Virus record (IMG/VR): IMGVR_UViG_3300028388_003367
Coordinates: 1 to 41,447 of that record
Length of the DNA: 41,447 nt
Origin: a virus
Lineage: Duplodnaviria > Caudoviricetes
Strand: one strand, 5' to 3'
The position numbers and the translations under genes are program-made. Numbering within the stretch: the stretch's first letter is position 1; each line of letters opens with the position of its first letter. The notes under the pieces were generated by a model, which saw only the letters and a program-made list of their open reading frames with translations, had not been told where the DNA came from and searched no databases. This document shows, one piece after another, positions 35,896-41,447 of the stretch.

Positions 35896-36542
35896 GCGTC
35901 GCCCCCCATGAGGAACGCGCCCATGCGCGCGCCGCCGAGCGTCGAGCCGCAGGCATCGCACGGGCTCCACGAAAACTCCTCGCCGTGATCGGACGAGATA
36001 GCCCAGTCGCCGCTGATGTTGTCGGCCGACCATGACGGATCCGGCTCGGCCACGTCGCCGTTCGCGATATAGAGCGCGCAGTCGGTGCAGACGTATCCGT
36101 CCGGCTCCGGTTCCTGCTCCTCGCACGCTTCCGCGAGGGTGAGGAAAATGCGTTCGAGCAAGGTGCATTGCCCGCTCATTAAATCTTCGGCGAGCGAATC
36201 GGTGGGGCCAAATTCCGCGCGCGCCTCAGCGCACGCATCCCACGCGCCCGGGACATCCGCGAGCCACCGCGCGAGGGCGTGATAGGCGACGTCGGTATAT
36301 CCGTCCGCCCACTCGTGCGCCGCGTCGGACGCATCGTCGTCGCCGTCCAGATCCGCGAGGGTATCGGCAGCATGGGCGCAAGCGCGCCAGATCCAATCAT
36401 GCGGCATGGCGCCGTTGCGGGCTTCGCATACTGCGTCGATCATCCACTCCGGCGAGCCTTCGCGGAGGTAGTAATACGTTTCGCCGTTATAGACGCGCGT
36501 CCCTGTCGTGAATGCTGCGGCGAGTTTCTGTCGTGCGTGCAT
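35892..36542 (-). CDS. Ocr-like acidic DNA-mimic domain fused to a C-terminal CxxC/CxxC domain
   Basis: DDDASDAAHEWADGYTDVAY resembles T7 Ocr DDLHDAIHMAADNAVPHYY; acidic; GGGAGA SD. Confidence 0.6.
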   Translation of the reverse strand: MHARQKLAAAFTTGTRVYNGETYYYLREGSPEWMIDAVCEARNGAMPHDWIWRACAHAADTLADLDGDDDASDAAHEWADGYTDVAYHALARWLADVPGAWDACAEARAEFGPTDSLAEDLMSGQCTLLERIFLTLAEACEEQEPEPDGYVCTDCALYIANGDVAEPDPSWSADNISGDWAISSDHGEEFSWSPCDACGSTLGGARMGAFLMGGDA

Positions 36543-36623
36543 GTTCGTTTCTCCCAGATTGTCGAACCGTGCCGTAGTCGGCACGCAAGGGCGCACTCGG
36601 TTGAATGCGCCCGAGCGTGCGGA

Positions 36624-36977
36624 CTATGCTTCGCTCCCGTCATCGTACTCACCGCGCGCGCACGCGGCGCACGTTAGTTCGCCAACTTCGCACGGGTCGC
36701 CGCACCAATGACAGCACGCATGCTCTTCGTCGTCGGGCTCGGCGGCCGCCGCAGCGCGCGCGCCTTCGATCAGTCTCCGCCCGTGTGCCGATCGGATGAC
36801 GTCGAGTGCGTCCGCGACGATTGCCACGTCTTCGGGGCACTCGTCTGGCGTGCCCAGATACGGCGCCACCTCTAGCAGTCTGTCGCCGCACGCTTGCGCG
36901 AGACAATTCGACGCGGACCCGTTGTTCGCGGTGCGCACCATGGCGCACAAGTGACGTGCTTCCATTTCAGTGATCAT
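36624..36977 (-). CDS. early protein with C-terminal zinc ribbon
   Basis: CHWC...CAAC; ATGA-coupled. Confidence 0.7.
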   Translation of the reverse strand: MITEMEARHLCAMVRTANNGSASNCLAQACGDRLLEVAPYLGTPDECPEDVAIVADALDVIRSAHGRRLIEGARAAAAAEPDDEEHACCHWCGDPCEVGELTCAACARGEYDDGSEA

Positions 36978-37192
36978 GCGTCCAGCTCCCGCGCAATCGC
37001 CGCCAGCAACGGCCGCACGCGCACGTCGTCACGATCGTCATAGTCGAGATCCAGTGCTTCGAGCGCATAGTCGAGCACGTCATGGCTCGGAATGCAGTCG
37101 GGTGCGCCGTGGGTGTCGACGAGATTATCGGCGATCGCGGCGATGTCGGCGGGCGCAAGCTCGTGCTCGATTGTGATCATGGGGAGGCTCAT
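36974..37192 (-). CDS. small acidic early protein
   Basis: ATGA-coupled; Asp-rich. Confidence 0.65.
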   Translation of the reverse strand: MSLPMITIEHELAPADIAAIADNLVDTHGAPDCIPSHDVLDYALEALDLDYDDRDDVRVRPLLAAIARELDA

Positions 37193-37416
37193 GCTTCGCC
37201 CCTCCGCTCAGCTTCGTGCATGAGGTTGGCGTAACGGTCGAGCGCGCGAATCAGCGTGCGCTGCGCGGCCGCAAGATGCTCGACCCCCCCGTCGCCACGT
37301 TGCACTCGATCCTCATTCCGCGCGACGTCCATCCGCGCCCGCGCGATGGCCGATTCAGTGTTCGCTATGAAGCGCGCCAGGGTGGCGCGCGATACGTTGC
37401 GATAAGGGTTTGCCAT
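37189..37416 (-). CDS. small helical early protein (MANPYRNV...)
   Basis: GGGAGAG SD; an alternative coupled start exists at 37467. Confidence 0.65.
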   Translation of the reverse strand: MANPYRNVSRATLARFIANTESAIARARMDVARNEDRVQRGDGGVEHLAAAQRTLIRALDRYANLMHEAERRGEA

Positions 37417-37463
37417 TGCTCTACTCTCCCAGATGATGCGCCCCCGGAAGGGCGCGGCATGGT

Positions 37464-37700
37464 TCATGCGTTGTCCAGATCCGCGATGCGCTCTTTAATG
37501 CTGCGGATTACAGCAGGCAAGTCAGGGGCGATCTCGATCCCCATCTCTACCTGCACTTCGTTCAACTGCCCCGCCCAAAAGGCCGCTCCTCGCAATTCTT
37601 CAGCGCTCGCGTCCGGTCCAATGTCTGCCTCGGTCCAAGCCGCATAGCAGACGGCAAGTGACTTGGCGCGTTCGCGGGCCTTTTTACTCATTCTGATCAT
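37464..37700 (-). CDS. first gene of the leftward early operon, hypothetical
   Basis: AAGGAG SD before ATG 37700. Confidence 0.65.
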   Translation of the reverse strand: MIRMSKKARERAKSLAVCYAAWTEADIGPDASAEELRGAAFWAGQLNEVQVEMGIEIAPDLPAVIRSIKERIADLDNA

Positions 37701-37745
37701 GTTCCGACTCTCCTTGATGCCCGCCAATCGCGACGGGATGAGTGC

Positions 37746-37774
37746 ACGTTGCCCGCGCTGGCACAGTGTGTCAA
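37746..37774 (-). promoter_or_regulatory. early leftward promoter (TTGACA -35, weak -10) with an operator-like site in the spacer
   Basis: TTGACACACTGTGCCAGCG on the minus strand; TGACACACTGT is identical at 39015-39025. Confidence 0.55.
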
Positions 37775-38700
37775 TCGTTTGTTCCGATCAATCTCCCGAA
37801 CGCGATAGCTCAAGCCGATCCAGGCGTTGCGAGGCGCCCGAAACAGCGTGTAGGGTAAAGGGCGGCGGAGAGGGGGAGCCGAGGGAGCGAAGGCGACCGA
37901 CGGCGGCGGACCTTGATTCTCCGCTCTTGACCTTCGTGATGATGAGGAACACGGCCACCACTTTAGTATAGTAACTGTCCCCGCTTTAGAGCATTCCCTA
38001 CCGCATTACCCACACTTCCTGCGCGACTCCTCGCCGCATTCCAATCGCGCCCAATCGCGCCACACTGCGCTCCATTGATCGGCTCAATGCGACAGGATCC
38101 GGCGCGCTCAATGCACGTCGAGCCAAGCAGCCCCTCCGAAGATCCACAAGGCCCGAGAGCGCCACGAGGCGCCGACCCAGTACCAATGCACTGCCGAGCC
38201 CAAGAAGCCCGTCCTCCGGCCGCTCCGGGCGCCTCATGGGCACTTGCATGATCCGCGCACCGTGGGCAGTAGCGGGCGCTCGCTTTGTGGGTGGCGCCAT
38301 GGAACCCTTCGGGTATTCCTGATGGTTCGGGCTGATTCTTCGGGATTCTCGATGATGAGGGTTGTTCATGGGATCGTTCCTGCCCATGAGCCCCGCTCAT
38401 CGTGCGCCCGCGACTGCGAACACTGCGCAACAGCGTGCGGTGAGCGTGCCCAATGCCGGACATGCGCTGCGCCTACTGGCGAACAACGCCAATCAACGTG
38501 GCGAGACTGCGCGACTGCGCGTAACTGGCGATATGTTAAATGGTGGTTCTCGCCACTCTGGCCGATCCAGGCCGAGATCCTGATGACGTGCGGTCATCGC
38601 GCTGGGCAGCTCGAGCCGCTTTCCTGGTCGACCCCCACCCTGGGGAAACACGCGCTGCGAGGATGGCGCTTCGTTCCCTTGACTCACACCCTCAACATCT

Positions 38701-38719
38701 GCACTGTGTCAGTGTCACA
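38701..38719. promoter_or_regulatory. operator GCACTGTGTCAGTGTCACA upstream of an SD
   Basis: CACTG-N3-CAGTG followed by TCACAAC and an SD, as at 5778-5805. Confidence 0.6.
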
Positions 38720-38735
38720 ACAAGAGGGAAGGCCG

Positions 38736-38930
38736 ATGATGTCCGCGATAGAGGTCAAGCCACCGGTGTTCGGTTTGGAGGGGGGTCGGCGTTGGGCGAA
38801 GCGTGCGCAGTTGAAGCACATGATGTTGGAGTCGTTGCGTGGTGGCGAGAACCCTTGGGTGGTGTTCCCGGACAAGCGGATCCGAGTCGCGGAGCTGTTG
38901 GGTGTTCGGCCTTGGGTAGGTCCTATCTAG
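38736..38930 (+). CDS. small hypothetical protein
   Basis: GAGGG SD directly after the operator. Confidence 0.5.
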   Translation: MMSAIEVKPPVFGLEGGRRWAKRAQLKHMMLESLRGGENPWVVFPDKRIRVAELLGVRPWVGPI

Positions 38931-38961
38931 CCGGCCCACTCCCCCCACACCCCCAGCATCC

Positions 38962-39036
38962 GCACTGACGCACTGAGCCAGTGCCCAGAAAATTTCACTA
39001 CCCCACTAGACTACTGACACACTGTCACGGTATGGT
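38962..39036 (+). promoter_or_regulatory. triple CASTG operator (38963/38971/38979) plus promoter TAGACT-18-TATGGT with an operator in the spacer
   Basis: Sequence; 8-bp phasing. Confidence 0.55.
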
Positions 39037-39174
39037 GGTGTCTGTTGTGGTGAGGAGGGCATGTGGCATGAACAGATTGTGGGTATGGGTGCAACGTGCA
39101 GCGAAAGACTGACCCGCATGGCGTAACTGGGGCCAACTTTCTCCCGAGAGGCTGGCGCCACTGGGGAGCAACCA

Positions 39175-39519
39175 ATGAGGTCGGCCTCTTTTCCGGCCGC
39201 CTTGGTTACACCCACAATAAAGCTTTTTTCCGACTCCATACATATAGGCCAGCAAGGCTCTGCGCCGGGCGATCGGGTTGTATTTGAGCCGTTCGTGGGG
39301 ATAGCTCCACGAAGCTATCAATTTGCCTTCGAGATGTCGGGGAAGCGCAAGTTACGGAACGGAAAGCTTCCATCCTGGATAAAGATGGGCGCACCACCGA
39401 AAGTCAAGCGATACGTGTTCTCTTATCTTTTGATCGAAGAACAGCTTACGCTTTTTTCGCTACCAAAGATAATCAACCCAAATTTACCCGAGGAGAGAGG
39501 GGATGCAGGAGACAGCTGA
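39175..39519 (+). CDS. hypothetical protein, low GC
   Basis: GGGGAG SD; AT-richer than the genome. Confidence 0.45.
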   Translation: MRSASFPAALVTPTIKLFSDSIHIGQQGSAPGDRVVFEPFVGIAPRSYQFAFEMSGKRKLRNGKLPSWIKMGAPPKVKRYVFSYLLIEEQLTLFSLPKIINPNLPEERGDAGDS

Positions 39520-39685
39520 ATCCCGAGACCTTTTTGCACGAATACAAGCCGCAAAAGAAGCAAGCAAGAATTATCCAGAATGGGCGAACATAAGCTTCAG
39601 ATTCGCGGGCGGCGGGAAAACGCGAACGCGCCCTCCCCGTCGACAACTAGACAGCGAAACGCCAAAGCAGTCGAACAGCGATTGA
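39503..39685 (+). CDS. small hypothetical protein, low GC
   Basis: GAGGAG/GAGGGG SD. Confidence 0.45.
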   Translation: MQETAESRDLFARIQAAKEASKNYPEWANISFRFAGGGKTRTRPPRRQLDSETPKQSNSD

Positions 39686-39720
39686 CTTTGGCTAGTACGC
39701 CAAGCGGTCGCTGCTTCTCC

Positions 39721-40887
39721 ATGCAATTTTCGGATCAAAGGCCCGAACGGAAAGGCGAGGCCAAGTCTCGAGCGGTTCGAGGTGGCCTGTGGGCTCGGGT
39801 GTTGGGCCGAAGGGTTGCGGCAGGAGGGTGCGTCGATGCGCCGATTGGTAAGCCGTCAGGCCGCGGTGTTGCGCGCTCTGGCGCAAGGCGGCTGACGAAT
39901 ATCGGGCATTTGCTGGACGATATGTCCGCTGCGCTGGATGCGTTGCAGGAGGTGAGGAAGCCGAAGGGCACGCTGGCGCCCTCGACCGGAGCTGATTACG
40001 AGGCGCTGCTGGGCACGGTGGGTCCGGTGTTTGTGATTCGGCAGCGCGGGGAGGAGTTTGAAGACGCTGACAAGGTTGAGGTGGGCTGCGCTTCGTCGTT
40101 TGCCAAGTCCTCTCCGCCGTCGATTGGTGCGGTGTGGTTTGATACTCGGCATTTGCAGACTGAACGCGAAGATTACGCGCGGTGCATATCGTTCTCGGAG
40201 GTGCCTCGTATGTCTCCTTGGGTGGAGGTTGCGCGCAAGCATGAGCGCACGTATCTCGTTGCGTTCCTGTTTCAGTTTTCGGAGCGCGGGGAGCGCATGC
40301 GAACTTGGACCGAGGCGCCGATGGCGTATTGCCTGAAGACTGGAACCGCGCGCGTGTTGAGGGTCAAGACCCGGCCCGCCCATGGTTACGGCTGGCACTG
40401 GGACTATCCTATGGCCGTCGGCAACGATGGCATGCCCGCGTCGGAGCAAGCCGACTTTTTGCTTTTCGCGATGAACGAATGGTCCGCTCAGGATCTTGGT
40501 TGGCACGTCATCGCGAAGCGTGGGCGGCGCCAGATCACGGTGCGGATTCCCGAGATGGAGACGCCTCGCTGGTTCCAGTCTCGAGTCAAGGTCAAGGTCA
40601 ATGGCCGGAGCCGGCCGATCCTGCACCCGGTCACGGCTCACCGCCGGAAGACGAAGCGCGGCCACACGTTCGTGCGCCCGCACCTCCGCGGAGAGCGTGA
40701 GTTCGAGTGGGGGTCGATGCACGTGAGCATTCGCGTGCCGGCGTTGCATGCGCCGATGCTGAGCCGGTTTCCGCGGCCCGCCGACGCGGAGATTGCCGTC
40801 AAGAAGGGAGAGAGGCTTCTGACGACGGCGAAAGCTCTGCAGATTGCGCGTGATGGGTATCAACGTCGAGCCGGGGAGAGGTGCTGA
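39721..40887 (+). CDS. hypothetical protein with HxVxAHxR...VRPHxRG motif (start uncertain)
   Basis: HPVTAHRRKTKRGHTFVRPHLRG is a recurrent basic phage motif. Confidence 0.65.
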   Translation: MQFSDQRPERKGEAKSRAVRGGLWARVLGRRVAAGGCVDAPIGKPSGRGVARSGARRLTNIGHLLDDMSAALDALQEVRKPKGTLAPSTGADYEALLGTVGPVFVIRQRGEEFEDADKVEVGCASSFAKSSPPSIGAVWFDTRHLQTEREDYARCISFSEVPRMSPWVEVARKHERTYLVAFLFQFSERGERMRTWTEAPMAYCLKTGTARVLRVKTRPAHGYGWHWDYPMAVGNDGMPASEQADFLLFAMNEWSAQDLGWHVIAKRGRRQITVRIPEMETPRWFQSRVKVKVNGRSRPILHPVTAHRRKTKRGHTFVRPHLRGEREFEWGSMHVSIRVPALHAPMLSRFPRPADAEIAVKKGERLLTTAKALQIARDGYQRRAGERC

Positions 40888-41216
40888 TGGCCGCGAAGGA
40901 CGAGTTGCTGGAGATGGCTGGGGGCGAAAAGATCCTGGGCGTGGTGATCGGGCCGGCGGAATGGCCGTCGAGGACGGCATGGCCGGGTGTCGAGGGTCTG
41001 ATTGGCGAGCTGTTGCCGTGGTCCAGGGCGGCGGCGGTTCTCGATGTCGAGGGCCGCACGTTCCGTGGCGGGTTGGGTCATATGTGCTGCCCTTCGATGT
41101 ATGCGTGGACCGAGAGCTGGGTGATCCTGGTGGACGAGTACGATGGTTCGACGGAGTTGACCCGCATTCCTCGGTCGCCGGTGGCGTGCGTACCCGGGTA
41201 TGGGGGTAAGGGATGA
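40887..41216 (+). CDS. conserved-type phage hypothetical protein
   Basis: TGATG coupling; YAWT..WV..EYDGST..IPR motif. Confidence 0.7.
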   Translation: MAAKDELLEMAGGEKILGVVIGPAEWPSRTAWPGVEGLIGELLPWSRAAAVLDVEGRTFRGGLGHMCCPSMYAWTESWVILVDEYDGSTELTRIPRSPVACVPGYGGKG

Positions 41217-41256
41217 CGGCCTACATGGAAGCCCTCGAAGGGGCGGAGGAGGAGTG

Positions 41257-41447
41257 ATGAACGTGGACGAGATCCGAGACGACATCGGAGCGGGCGAGGA
41301 GTGGGTGGACTGTGGCGTAGTGGAGAGCGAGGAAGCCGACACACCAGGCACCGGAATGTTTCCGTACTCGCGTGGTCCAGAGGTTCTGGTTGCCGAGGTC
41401 AGCGTTGTCGTCCAGCAGCCGGGGCGCTATCAGATCATGGCCCGCCG
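41257..41447 (+). CDS. hypothetical protein spanning the circular join (continues to TGA at 116-118; 69 aa, MNVDEIRDDIG...YQIMARRIKGGE)
   Basis: GGAGGAGGAG SD, TGATG coupling at both ends, open frame across the junction. Confidence 0.75.
   Translation, partial: MNVDEIRDDIGAGEEWVDCGVVESEEADTPGTGMFPYSRGPEVLVAEVSVVVQQPGRYQIMAR
41349..41447. repeat. second copy of the 99-bp terminal overlap
   Basis: Identical to 1-99. Confidence 0.95.

Noticed and set aside
38578-38650. Hammerhead ribozyme core CTGATGA...GAAA
   Set aside because: No stem II links CUGAUGA to GAAA; the sequence instead forms a simple GATGAC/GTCATC hairpin
39061-39175. Stop-codon readthrough joining ATG 39061 to ORF 39175
   Set aside because: The two are in frame across TAA 39124, but 39175 has its own SD and nothing else suggests recoding

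Overview
The window is a complete, circularly permuted genome of a GC-rich tailed phage with podovirus-type structural genes. Bases 1-99 are identical to 41349-41447 and an ORF reads through the join, so the unique length is about 41,348 bp. Recognisable modules: (i) lambdoid-type replication and recombination genes (initiator-like, P-like loader, beta-class DNA methyltransferase, VRR-NUC nuclease, YqaJ exonuclease, RecT); (ii) a T7/BPP-1-type morphogenesis operon (terminase, portal, scaffold, capsid, tail tube A/B, ejection proteins) with a GTA-like head-spike pair and a sulfotransferase; (iii) a tailspike gene that is displaced from the structural operon and inverted; (iv) a leftward early operon of small acidic proteins that includes an Ocr-like fusion and a CsrA homolog. 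I could not recognise an integrase, DNA/RNA polymerase, helicase/primase, reverse transcriptase, endolysin, tRNA or CRISPR array. The most interesting signals are regulatory: an 8-bp-phased CASTG operator at many promoters around a ribbon-helix-helix gene; a convergent-promoter/antisense-RNA leader upstream of the replication genes; a capsid leader built from repeated CGGGUAGCC/GGUCCG elements; a late-promoter motif shared by the capsid and the displaced tailspike; and a probable -1 frameshift that appends an FN3 domain. All protein assignments are by-eye motif recognition; no searches were run.
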